The notes beneath the pieces were generated by a model that did not search any database, was not told the origin of the DNA, and was given only the letters and a program-made list of their open reading frames with translations. Below, one piece after another: positions 1 through 8,505 of a DNA stretch of 64,000 nucleotides (the first letter of the stretch is position 1; every line of letters starts with the position of its first letter). The position numbers were made by a program, and so were the translations under genes. Source of the DNA: Sedimentisphaerales bacterium (GTDB lineage: Bacteria > Planctomycetota > Phycisphaerae > Sedimentisphaerales > Anaerobacaceae); the NCBI GenBank assembly GCA_040772485.1, contig JAXGYC010000008.1, positions 32,001-96,000 of the forward strand, given 5' to 3'.

Positions 1-1562
1 ACCACGCGGGGGCCGCCCTTGCCCCAGCCGTAGTCGGCGGGGTCGTCCGGCGGCAGGCGCCAGCCGCAATGATCGCGATCGTCCGCCACCTGATGATACA
101 GCACCTCCGGCGACGGATGCAGCTTCAGCATCCATTCGAGTCCCCAGCGGGCCTCGTCGAGCAGATCGGGCAGGCCGTTGCCGCCGGGGCGGCCGAGGGC
201 GTCGAACCGATCGCCGAAGATCGCCGATCGCGGTTGTTCCGCCGCCGCATCGTGCAATTTCCAGGCGAGCAGCATCTGCGCCGTGGCGTTGCTCGACGTG
301 AGCAGATACTTCAGGAGGTCGGCGGCATCGTGCCAGCCGCCGCGAGCGTCGATGGCGGTTCCCGCGGGAAGCGGTCCGTATGCCGTGCGGCCGTCGAGCT
401 GGTGACAGTGGGCATTCAGCCACGGATTGAAGCCGCAACGCTGCTGACGCATGAACTCCAGCAGCAGACCCGGCAGCGGCTCGAAGACCGCGTCGTCCAC
501 AACGACCGGCTCGGAGACGGCACCGCCAACACGAAGGCGGTATCGCCCGGGCCGACGCAGCGACGAGAAGTCGAGTTCCGTGACGTGATCGAATCGGCCC
601 CAGCGCATCCCCGTCGCGGGACGCGTGACGCCCTGGAACACCGATCGGCCCGAGTCCAATTCGATGACATCGAAGCGCTCGCCAAGCGGCACGCGGCCGA
701 GCGCGACGGCGAGCTTCGGGCCTTGCACGGTGTAGCCAACCTGACTGGCGCGAACGTGGCGCGCCAGCAGGCGGTCGATGCGCTCGAACGCGTAACCTCT
801 CTCTTTGAGCGCGGCGAGCAACTCCGGCAGACGCGCGTGCATCTTGTCCGCGCGTTCGGGGCCGGCTCCCACGTGCATCAGCAGCACAAAGCCGTTGAGT
901 CCGGCCGGGTCTGCCGATTCATGTTGCAGGATGCTGTCGAGGATCGCCTGTGACGAGACGAAGTTACGGTCCTTCTCGGTCGTGTAGTCGGCCGCCGAGC
1001 GCGTGCCGGGCGAGAGGTTGACCAGCGTCAGACCCATCGCGTTTGTCCAGTCGCAGATGTCGCGGTTGTGGTGCTCGTAGGCGGGCAGGAAGAACTGCAC
1101 GTGACGGCGTGTGACGCCAGACCGCTCCAGCTCGCGCAGGTTGGTGTCGAGGTCTGCTCCAAACTCGTCGCGTGTCAGCAGCGTCCGTCGCTCCGGCGTC
1201 CAATCGCAGTAGAGCCGGTGCCGGTCGGAATGCGGGCCTACGTAGTGGCCCTCGGCCAGCATCCGCCGGACCAGCGATGCGAACGCGGCGTTACGTAGGA
1301 AGTCGCCGGTCAGAAAGAACGACGCCTTGGCGTCGTGCAGGGCCAGTGCATCGAGGATCGCTTCGGCGCCTTCGGCAAACTCATGACCGGTGAACACCAA
1401 AGCCAGCCGCGGCGTCGATCTCGAACCGCGCACGACGGCGCCGTCCTGATACGTGAACGGGTCGTTGTCCATCGTCTCGCCGGCGGCCGGGCGCAAGGAC
1501 GGCCGAGCGCAGAGCGCCAGCCATGCAGTCAATATAACGAACACGTATCGCCCGGAACCCAT
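1..1562 (-). CDS. Secreted polysaccharide deacetylase (CE4/NodB-like) + GH9 (Ig-like + catalytic) fusion; runs off the left edge
   Basis: Not in the ORF track because there is no stop in the window. Manual translation from ATG at 1562: MGSGRYVFVILTAWLALC (signal peptide)...LALVFTGHEFAEG...ASFFLTG...GHYVGPHSDRH...FLPAYE...LLMHVG (NodB-like), then RASQVGY (GH9 N-terminal Ig), MRQQRCG, DARGGWHDAADLLKY, LDEARWGLEWMLK, YHQVADDRDH (GH9). The frame is open to position 3. Confidence 0.85.
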   Translation of the reverse strand, partial: MGSGRYVFVILTAWLALCARPSLRPAAGETMDNDPFTYQDGAVVRGSRSTPRLALVFTGHEFAEGAEAILDALALHDAKASFFLTGDFLRNAAFASLVRRMLAEGHYVGPHSDRHRLYCDWTPERRTLLTRDEFGADLDTNLRELERSGVTRRHVQFFLPAYEHHNRDICDWTNAMGLTLVNLSPGTRSAADYTTEKDRNFVSSQAILDSILQHESADPAGLNGFVLLMHVGAGPERADKMHARLPELLAALKERGYAFERIDRLLARHVRASQVGYTVQGPKLAVALGRVPLGERFDVIELDSGRSVFQGVTRPATGMRWGRFDHVTELDFSSLRRPGRYRLRVGGAVSEPVVVDDAVFEPLPGLLLEFMRQQRCGFNPWLNAHCHQLDGRTAYGPLPAGTAIDARGGWHDAADLLKYLLTSSNATAQMLLAWKLHDAAAEQPRSAIFGDRFDALGRPGGNGLPDLLDEARWGLEWMLKLHPSPEVLYHQVADDRDHCGWRLPPDDPADYGWGKGGPRV

Positions 1563-1574
1563 AGGGATTCCCCA

Positions 1575-2831
1575 TCATCGGGCGGTTCGCACGAGCGCCC
1601 CTCCGCCGGGGGGCAGGGTCAGCTCGACGGCGGATTTGTTCGCAGAGGTCCATCGGGCGATCCCGGCGTCGAACTGCTGCAGCGCGCCCGGGCCGACGAG
1701 CGTGACGCGCGCCTCGGTGGCGTAGTCCAGGTTCACGACGACTACGTGAGTCGGCTTCTGCCCAGCGCCGAAGAAGCCGAGCAGGAAGCCTCGCGGCGAG
1801 GCGGGCGACGCCGACGAATCGATGCGGAAGTCGGCGTCCGGCGGCAACGGCTCGCAGCCACGCTCGCGCATCGAGGTGTGATACACGCCGAGCGAGCGCA
1901 AGGGCTGGAGCTCCCTGGCGATGGCGACGAATTCGCGATTGTAGGATTTGACCGCGTGGTAGAGCGGCCCTGGCGTCCCGTCCAGGCCGACCAGACTGCC
2001 GTGGTGGTTCGGGTGGGCGTAGACATAGTAGCTGATGCCCTGCGCACCGTAGGCCACGGTGGAGTAGACCAGGTAGCGCAGCTCGTCGACGTTCGGAATG
2101 CGCATCGCGTCGGGCGCCCAGGTGCAGGCCTGCACGATGTTGAGGAACGGCACGCCCGCCTCTTGCGCTGTGCGGCGGATCATCGCCAGGTTCAGGAAGT
2201 ACTGGTCGCCGTCGCCCTTGAGCTGGAACTGATAGTGGTCGTAGCTGATGAGCGAAGGCCTCACCTGCTCAACGTAGAGACGCAAGTGCTCCGCGTAGGC
2301 GGTGACCGTGTCGCCTTTGGTGCCCAGTTGCTGATTGTTGGCGTAGGTCGGAAACAGATTGATGTAGGCCAGATGCAGAGGATCGCGCTGGCGCATGTAT
2401 GCCACCAGCTTGCCGAGCGCCGGGAACTGCGCCGCGCTGGGCTCGTCGATCAGGTGATAGGAATACAGCGCCGGATGCTTGCTGACGCGGGCGATCAGGG
2501 CGTCCAACTGCTGACGGCGGTCGGGATCGTCGAGCGAGGCGGGGGTGAACAGGCCGCTGGTGAGTTGGCCGCGAAGGCCGTGACGATGCGCGATGTCGAG
2601 TTCCGCTTCGCTGCCGCACCAGACGAGGTTGAAGCCGCCTTCAACCATCTGCTGCGCCACCGCGTCGGTGATCCCAGGACCGGCCCAGTAAGTGGCGATC
2701 GGCGTCCCGACCTGCCACGAGGAGCCAGGCTGGGCCACCGCCCCACCGATCAACGGATTGCACGAGAACAGAAACAGACAGAGAATACACGCCAACTTCG
2801 CCGCGCCCGAGTGTTCAATCCGAGTTCTCAT
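1575..2831 (-). CDS. Secreted uncharacterised protein, probable clan GH-A TIM-barrel glycoside hydrolase
   Basis: 418 aa with signal peptide; motifs GFNLVW, YHLIDEPS, YINLFP, ISYDHY, YGAQGISYY; SD GGGAGG upstream. Confidence 0.6.
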   Translation of the reverse strand: MRTRIEHSGAAKLACILCLFLFSCNPLIGGAVAQPGSSWQVGTPIATYWAGPGITDAVAQQMVEGGFNLVWCGSEAELDIAHRHGLRGQLTSGLFTPASLDDPDRRQQLDALIARVSKHPALYSYHLIDEPSAAQFPALGKLVAYMRQRDPLHLAYINLFPTYANNQQLGTKGDTVTAYAEHLRLYVEQVRPSLISYDHYQFQLKGDGDQYFLNLAMIRRTAQEAGVPFLNIVQACTWAPDAMRIPNVDELRYLVYSTVAYGAQGISYYVYAHPNHHGSLVGLDGTPGPLYHAVKSYNREFVAIARELQPLRSLGVYHTSMRERGCEPLPPDADFRIDSSASPASPRGFLLGFFGAGQKPTHVVVVNLDYATEARVTLVGPGALQQFDAGIARWTSANKSAVELTLPPGGGALVRTAR

Positions 2832-2897
2832 TGTGTGGACCTCCCAAACATAACTACCATACGCCGAACGGCCACCTGCTCCCGCTGTCGTAATACG

Positions 2898-3314
2898 CTA
2901 TTTCTTCGCCTTTATCAATAGCACGAGGTTTCTCACGGCCAACGGAATAGCAACCAGACAGCCCGCCCCAAGGAACCAGAACCACGCCATGCCTGAGGCG
3001 TCGTCCCCGCCCGGCCACTCCGTCATGGGGTACAGACATGGAATCCAGAGCGTCAGGTGCGTCACGATCGCCGCGATGAGGAATCCCCGGTTGCGTTGCC
3101 GCCAGATCAGTCCGGCCAGGGCCAGAACCGTGCTGGCGCCCGACAGAACGAGGAACGGCCGCGTCGTGTGGTACCTGCCTCCGGCCATCCCCTCCGATAT
3201 GAAGAGCGCCCACAGGAACAGGGCGAACGAGGCGAACAGGTACCGACGCAGCCGCCTGTTGATCCAGCGCGGGTCCAGGCTTTCCACATTCACGGCTGCA
3301 TCGTCCCTCTGCAT
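2898..3314 (-). CDS. Hypothetical membrane protein (about 4 TM segments)
   Basis: 138 aa with four hydrophobic stretches; SD GGAGG about 8 nt upstream of ATG. Confidence 0.65.
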   Translation of the reverse strand: MQRDDAAVNVESLDPRWINRRLRRYLFASFALFLWALFISEGMAGGRYHTTRPFLVLSGASTVLALAGLIWRQRNRGFLIAAIVTHLTLWIPCLYPMTEWPGGDDASGMAWFWFLGAGCLVAIPLAVRNLVLLIKAKK

Positions 3315-3351
3315 AGGTCAATCCTCCCGTGATGGCAAGCCCACAATACTC

Positions 3352-3762
3352 TCAGACGAAATCCTCCACGGACTTGACGGCAACACGCTTGCACGTGAAT
3401 GAACCCGCGCAACCATAGGACGAGTAGATCGCAACGCCGATGCGGTCTTGCGCCGCCCGCATGTGGAGGTTGAAAACCGCGTTCTGCTCGTTGAACCCAA
3501 CAATCTCTTCGGACTCGACACTGCTGAATCGTATCGTGATCATGGCCTGTTTGTCGAGGAGGTATCGGCCTTCTTCGTCGAGATCGCCTGTCCATGTGAA
3601 GACGCGGACGCGCATGTCAAGGTACGGACCATCGGGGCCATTGCGATCCAGAAGAATGGAATGGATTTCCGAATCGTGGAAGGAAGGCCAGCGTCCGAAC
3701 CTCTGCAAGACCACCTGGTGGTTCTCGATAGCCTGTACCTCAATTTCCGGCGAGTGGCTCAT
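3352..3762 (-). CDS. Imm50-family immunity protein (orphan)
   Basis: FGRWPSFHDSEI, ITIRF and GFNEQNAVFNL motifs resemble Imm50; start moved to ATG 3762 (SD AGGAG upstream). Confidence 0.7.
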   Translation of the reverse strand: MSHSPEIEVQAIENHQVVLQRFGRWPSFHDSEIHSILLDRNGPDGPYLDMRVRVFTWTGDLDEEGRYLLDKQAMITIRFSSVESEEIVGFNEQNAVFNLHMRAAQDRIGVAIYSSYGCAGSFTCKRVAVKSVEDFV

Positions 3763-3844
3763 GTTCTTCTGTCTCCTGCAAACAAGAGGCACAGCCATCT
3801 GTCCGTCTTGCAGGGTAAGTCCCAGGCGGCGTACGCCACACGCC

Positions 3845-4144
3845 TCATCTGGCCTCCGCGTGCAGCTTCAAACCCAACGCAGCAATGACTTTGAGGATGG
3901 TGTCGAAACCGGGAGTCCGCTCGCCCGAAAGGGCTTTGTAGAGACTCTCGCGGGACAGGCCCGCCTCGCGTGCCACCTGCGACATCCCTTTGGCGCGGGC
4001 GATGTCCCCCAGCGCCTTGGCGAGGAACGCGGCATCGCCGTTGGCTTGCTCCAGGCACGCTTCAAAGTACGCTGCCATTTCCTCCGGGGTCCGGAGATGT
4101 TCGGCAACGTCGTATCGCGTCGTCTTCGTTTTCGCCATGACCAC
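3845..4144 (-). CDS. Addiction-module antidote, Cro/CI-type HTH antitoxin (HI1420-like)
   Basis: YDVAEHLRTPEEMAAY...ALGDIARAKGMSQVAREAGLSRESLYKALSGERTPGFDTILKVIAALG; directly downstream of the toxin; ATG at 4138 is an alternative start. Confidence 0.9.
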   Translation of the reverse strand: MVMAKTKTTRYDVAEHLRTPEEMAAYFEACLEQANGDAAFLAKALGDIARAKGMSQVAREAGLSRESLYKALSGERTPGFDTILKVIAALGLKLHAEAR

Positions 4145-4147
4145 CCC

Positions 4148-4438
4148 CTAAAGACTGCGTGCCAGACGCAGGGCCTTTCTTATGTCCGCCGCCTGAGTAC
4201 GCTTGTCGTGCCTAGCCAGCGGGGTCACGACGGTCTGCCCGATCTTCCTGTAATAGACCCTGTAGCCAGGGCCGTAGTCGATCCACAGTTCCGAAACACC
4301 CTCGCCCAGCGCTTTTACGTCCCCAGGATTTCCGAGGGACAATCGCTCGATTCGTACCAGAATGCGAGCCTTTGCCCGGATGTCACGCAAACCGTCGATC
4401 CATTTCGCAAACACATCGGTCTTGCGAATCTCAACCAT
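4148..4438 (-). CDS. RelE/ParE-superfamily addiction-module toxin (HI1419-like)
   Basis: F..WIDGLRD.RAKARI..RIERL.LGNPGDVK.LGEGVSEL.IDYGPGYRVYY...DKRTQ..DI..A; toxin-first (HigBA) order; ATG at 4438. Confidence 0.88.
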   Translation of the reverse strand: MVEIRKTDVFAKWIDGLRDIRAKARILVRIERLSLGNPGDVKALGEGVSELWIDYGPGYRVYYRKIGQTVVTPLARHDKRTQAADIRKALRLARSL

Positions 4439-4444
4439 AGGCAC

Positions 4445-4473
4445 AGCGTAGCCATTTGGCTACATGCTGTCAA
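4445..4473 (-). promoter_or_regulatory. Sigma70-like promoter of the TA operon with overlapping palindromic operator
   Basis: Minus strand TTGACA-17nt-TACGCT; palindrome GTAGCCA-TT-TGGCTAC (4448-4463) covers the spacer and -10; ATG lies 6 nt after the -10. Confidence 0.75.
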
Positions 4474-4527
4474 TAGCCTTTTTTGATGCGATTACCCGTC
4501 TTGGCCTGGAGTTAGGGTCCGGTTTAT

Positions 4528-4963
4528 AGTGATCCCGATGGCCATCGGGAGGATCGAGGGCTGGCCAGGGACGCGACGCGTTTCGCGCTCGCCGGCGGAT
4601 TTCTCCATTCCGCTTCGCTCCAGTCGAAATGACAAGGTCGTGGTGTAGCTTCGTCTGCGTTCGCGGAAACGGCGCATTCGCTTTCTTTGTCACTCCGAGT
4701 GTAGTGATGCGTTCCCTTTTCTGTCCCCCCGAGCGGAACGAAGTGCAGCCGAAGGGCCTGGCCGGAGACGCGACGCGCCTCTTGTGCGCGACGGCCCGCT
4801 CGTTTGTCATCCCGAGCGGAGCAACGCGGAGTCGAGGGATCTGGCCATAGACCGGACGCGCTCCCTATTCGCGACCAGATTTCTCCAGTTCGGGCCGGTA
4901 GCCATCGGCCCTCTGGTCGAAATGACATGACCGCAAAGACACGCCATGGGCTGAAGCCCATCC
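4528..4963. repeat. Cluster of TGTCA...TGACA palindromic (MITE/REP-like) elements plus a GTAG-type REP half
   Basis: Complete copy TTGTCATCCCGAGCGG...GAGGGATCTGG ... CCAGATTTCTCC...GTCGAAATGACA (about 4805-4927); partial copies at about 4530-4635 and 4722-4780 sharing CTGGCC..GACGCGACGCG; CATGGGCTGAAGCCCATCC at 4945-4963. Confidence 0.75.
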
Positions 4964-5124
4964 AGCGCTTTCTCCTTCGGCCAAAACGGGGAATCGCGTC
5001 CCTTTTTGTGGTGACGTACGGAGGCTTGATGAGCCGCCCGCTCCCACAGCGTTTGACGCACACAGCGGATCATATCGTACAAAGTGCGTTCCCTGCAGGT
5101 ACGGATCGCAGCCATGCTGCAAGG

Positions 5125-6408
5125 TCAGGTGGCCCGCAGGGCGACCTTGTTGGCGCCGTCGATGAAGATGATTTTGACATCGGGTTGCTCGGCGAGCCAG
5201 CCGTCCACCACCGCCTGCGGGTCGTGCGCGGGATGCATATGGGCCGCCGCGACGAGGGCGTCGGCAATCTGCGTGTGCATCCAGACGCGTCGCAGCCGGC
5301 GGATCAGCACGGCGAACTTGTACGGCTTGTGACTGTAGAGGACATAGTCCTGGCGGATCGACCGGATGACCTCCTCCAGCGGGGCCGTCAGGCGATCGTA
5401 GAAGTTCGCGAGGGTCTGCGGCTCGCCGATGCCGTTGGGGCAGGCGGCCAGGAACAGCACCTCTCCGCCGTCCGCCACGGCGGCCCGGTTCAGCTCCAGG
5501 GCCCGCTGGGCGATGTACAGGTCTTCGTCGTTGGAAAGGCCTCCCGGCGAGACAACCAGCCGCGACGCCGGAGTGACCGTCTGGATGTTCCGCTCGTCAG
5601 TTACGAGAAACGATTCGGCGCTCACCTCCTGGATCGGCCCGAACCGCGCCCAGAGCAGCCGCGTGCCGGCGCTGAGCATCACCAACGCATAGATCGGCCT
5701 GCCTTTGGCGATCAGCTCCATGCCCTCCACCATATCCGCGGCCAGCGGGTTGTTTCGCTGCTCGGCCCTGGGATGCCACGGGTGCGCCGCGTGCGTGGAT
5801 TCATCGAGCAGGGCCAGGCTGTGATTCTGCTCGACCGTGCGAAAGGCGCTGATGCCCGGCACGAAGTTCTTCACCGGATTCGAGTAGCCCGCGAAGTAAT
5901 GGACCTTCACATCGGAGACCGCCAGAAAAACGTCCGCCTCCTCGGCAAACGCGTTGACCAGCACCTGCGTTCCTCGCGACGTGCGGCCGAGGTCGAGGAA
6001 CTGGTCGGCCTGGCAGTCATGGGCATGGATTCGCGTCACGTTCAGACCGGCATTGCGTCGGGCCTTTTCGATCTCGTGTCCGATCTGGCGGTTCTTCGGC
6101 GTGTCGGCCGTGTGGGTCCCGGTGCAGATCAGGAACTGGACCGAGGCGGCCCGCCGCAGCGCGTCGCACACGTGCGGCAGCACCTCCGGCAGGGGCTCAT
6201 CGCGCGTGCCGTCGTCGACGAGTACGCACACGCGCTTGCCGGCGACCTCGTCGCGAAACGCGCCGGCTTGGCCGTCCATGATGTCTTGCAGGCCCGCCGC
6301 CGCATCCCCGCCCTGCGGCCCCTGCCACGGCCGGATGATCTCCTGCACATTCCGATCCGGCACCCGAAGAGTGACAACGCCTGTTCCATAATGCAGGTCT
6401 ACGTTCAT
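5125..6408 (-). CDS. LarA-family (nickel-pincer nucleotide dependent) alpha-hydroxy-acid racemase/epimerase
   Basis: DDGTR, TGTH, HYFAGYSNPVKNFVPG and QNH correspond to the LarA active-site motifs; start set at MNVDLHYG (6408). Confidence 0.8.
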   Translation of the reverse strand: MNVDLHYGTGVVTLRVPDRNVQEIIRPWQGPQGGDAAAGLQDIMDGQAGAFRDEVAGKRVCVLVDDGTRDEPLPEVLPHVCDALRRAASVQFLICTGTHTADTPKNRQIGHEIEKARRNAGLNVTRIHAHDCQADQFLDLGRTSRGTQVLVNAFAEEADVFLAVSDVKVHYFAGYSNPVKNFVPGISAFRTVEQNHSLALLDESTHAAHPWHPRAEQRNNPLAADMVEGMELIAKGRPIYALVMLSAGTRLLWARFGPIQEVSAESFLVTDERNIQTVTPASRLVVSPGGLSNDEDLYIAQRALELNRAAVADGGEVLFLAACPNGIGEPQTLANFYDRLTAPLEEVIRSIRQDYVLYSHKPYKFAVLIRRLRRVWMHTQIADALVAAAHMHPAHDPQAVVDGWLAEQPDVKIIFIDGANKVALRAT

Positions 6409-6530
6409 GATCGCCCCTAAGACCTCATATGTCCTCGTACCTCCGCCCTCGTCAACAGAGTATCCTATCAACTGCCCACGAAAAGCAGTACACCAAAAAT
6501 GAATCGCATACCCTACAGTCGCCTTTTTGC

Positions 6531-6559
6531 TTGGCTCTCCGCCGCGCGTCTGGCATAAT
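6531..6559 (+). promoter_or_regulatory. Possible sigma70-like promoter for the ATPase-DUF4276 pair
   Basis: TTGGCT-17nt-CATAAT about 75 nt upstream of ATG 6633. Confidence 0.4.
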
Positions 6560-6632
6560 AGTCACCCTGTGGAACACGCGTAGCGAAAGTGTGATGATTC
6601 AGTTGGTACCCGATTGGGGCTGGACGTGAGCC

Positions 6633-7847
6633 ATGAACGCCAAATTGTTGGATAGCCTCCAGTTGCAGGGCTTTCTGTCGTTTGCACCGCAGAGCGAACC
6701 CGTGAGACTCACGAATCTGAATGTGCTGATTGGCCCCAATGGCGTGGGCAAATCGAACTTCATTGAGGCAATCGAATTGCTCCACGCAACGCCGGCGGAT
6801 TTCAGTGGCCTTATCCGGCTCGGTGGTACACCCAGCGATTGGATATGGCACGGCGATAAGGAAGCGTCGTTCGCCCATATCGAAGCGATCCTATCGCCCG
6901 ACGACAGTACGCCCCGGTTGCGATACACGATCGAGTTCGTGGAGAGTGCTGGACGGTTGGAGATCGCCGACGAGGTGTTGGAAGAGGCCGACAAAGCCGA
7001 TCCCAACGCCCACGATGTGCGGTTCTACTATCGATTCCAGCGAGGACGTCCGGCAATCAACATCCGCGAGACTCATATGAACGAGACGGGCAAGCGAGAA
7101 TACACCCAACGAAAACTGAAACGCGAGAGCATTGACCCGCAGCAATCGATCCTGTCGCAGCGCAAAGACCCGGACCTGTACCCGGAGGTGACGGCAACTG
7201 CGAGGCGATTCGGCGGCATCCAGGTGTTCCGCGAATGGAGCTTCGGGCGGTCCGCTGCCTTGCGCGCTGCGCAACCCTCCAACCTGCCCACGGACGTGCT
7301 GTTGCCGCAGCTTGTCAATTTGGGACTCGTACTGAACGACTTGGAGCATCGTGGCAGTGAGTGGAGCCGATTTAACGATCTGATGCACAAGTTCCTGCCC
7401 CGGTTCACGCGCCTAACCACGAAGATTTCTGCCGGATCAGTGCAGGTCTATCTGCACGAGGATGGCTTGAGTGTTCCGGTGCCGGCAACCCGCCTCTCCG
7501 ACGGAACGTTGCGATTCCTGGCAATTCTGGCGATCTTGCTGAACCCCCGGTCGGCCCCGTTGATCTGCATCGAAGAGCCGGAACTGGGCCTGCATCCAGA
7601 CGCGATGTCGCTGCTTGCCGATCTGTTGGTCGAGGCATCCGAGAAGACACAGTTGGCCGTGACAACGCACTCAGATTTGCTGGTCTCGGCGTTGACCGAG
7701 CAAACCGAGGCCGTATTGGTTTGTGACTACCTGGAGAACGGTACCCAACTGCGACGACTGGAGAGGGCGAAGTTGGCGCACTGGTTGGAGAAATACCGGT
7801 TGGGCGAGGTCTGGCGGCTCGGAAAACTCGGAGGCAACCTGTGGTAA
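6633..7847 (+). CDS. AAA_21/AAA_15-type ABC-fold ATPase
   Basis: Walker A GPNGVGKS, signature LSDGT, Walker B/D-loop ICIEEPELGLHP, H-loop TTHS. Confidence 0.92.
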   Translation: MNAKLLDSLQLQGFLSFAPQSEPVRLTNLNVLIGPNGVGKSNFIEAIELLHATPADFSGLIRLGGTPSDWIWHGDKEASFAHIEAILSPDDSTPRLRYTIEFVESAGRLEIADEVLEEADKADPNAHDVRFYYRFQRGRPAINIRETHMNETGKREYTQRKLKRESIDPQQSILSQRKDPDLYPEVTATARRFGGIQVFREWSFGRSAALRAAQPSNLPTDVLLPQLVNLGLVLNDLEHRGSEWSRFNDLMHKFLPRFTRLTTKISAGSVQVYLHEDGLSVPVPATRLSDGTLRFLAILAILLNPRSAPLICIEEPELGLHPDAMSLLADLLVEASEKTQLAVTTHSDLLVSALTEQTEAVLVCDYLENGTQLRRLERAKLAHWLEKYRLGEVWRLGKLGGNLW

Positions 7848-8476
7848 AGGCTATTGCCATCTACATCGAAGGCGGTGGAGACACAGCCCAGACGCTCGAT
7901 CCGTTCCGCCGTGGCATGTCGGTTTTTCTGAAGTCAGTGGTCGATGAGGTGCGTCAGCGTCGTATCAGTTGGCGTCTGATTCCCTGCGGTGGACGCCGAG
8001 CGACGTACAATGCTTTCGTCGATGCACTCCAGAATGAGCCAGAAGTGTTCAACGTGCTGCTGGTCGATTCAGAAGACCCTGTGGCAATCACGGTCGCGCC
8101 GTGGGAACACCTTAAGAACCGCGATGGCGACAAATGGGACACACCGTCAGGGGCAGATGATAAGCGATGCCAGATGATGGTGGCCTGCATGGAAGCTTGG
8201 TTCCTCGCCGACCCCAAGGGGCTGAAGAAGCACTTCGGCGGCGACTTTGACAGTGGGAAACTGCCCCCGCCGAACCAAGCCGAGACCCGCACCAAAGCCG
8301 ATATCAACGAGGCACTGGAGAAAGCCACGAGGCAGACGCCAGCCAGAGAGTACCGCAAGATTCGCGACGGAGCAAGATTACTGGAGAAGGTGGACTGCGC
8401 GGAGGTGCGAAGACATTGCAGGTGGTGCGAGCGATTCTTCCAGACATTGGGCGAGGCGATCGGGGCAAACGTATGA
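7841..8476 (+). CDS. DUF4276-family TOPRIM-like protein
   Basis: IYIEGGGD (TOPRIM Glu), LLVDSED (DxE/D), CMEAWFLAD; GTG start overlaps the ATPase end (coupled). Confidence 0.82.
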   Translation: MVKAIAIYIEGGGDTAQTLDPFRRGMSVFLKSVVDEVRQRRISWRLIPCGGRRATYNAFVDALQNEPEVFNVLLVDSEDPVAITVAPWEHLKNRDGDKWDTPSGADDKRCQMMVACMEAWFLADPKGLKKHFGGDFDSGKLPPPNQAETRTKADINEALEKATRQTPAREYRKIRDGARLLEKVDCAEVRRHCRWCERFFQTLGEAIGANV

Positions 8477-8505
8477 GGGGTGTCTGAAACCGGGTGCACC
8501 TGTCC

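Noticed and set aside
2832..3845. Integron cassette array for the small accessory genes
   Set aside because: No paired RYYYAAC...GTTRRRY attC boxes after the stops and no integrase.
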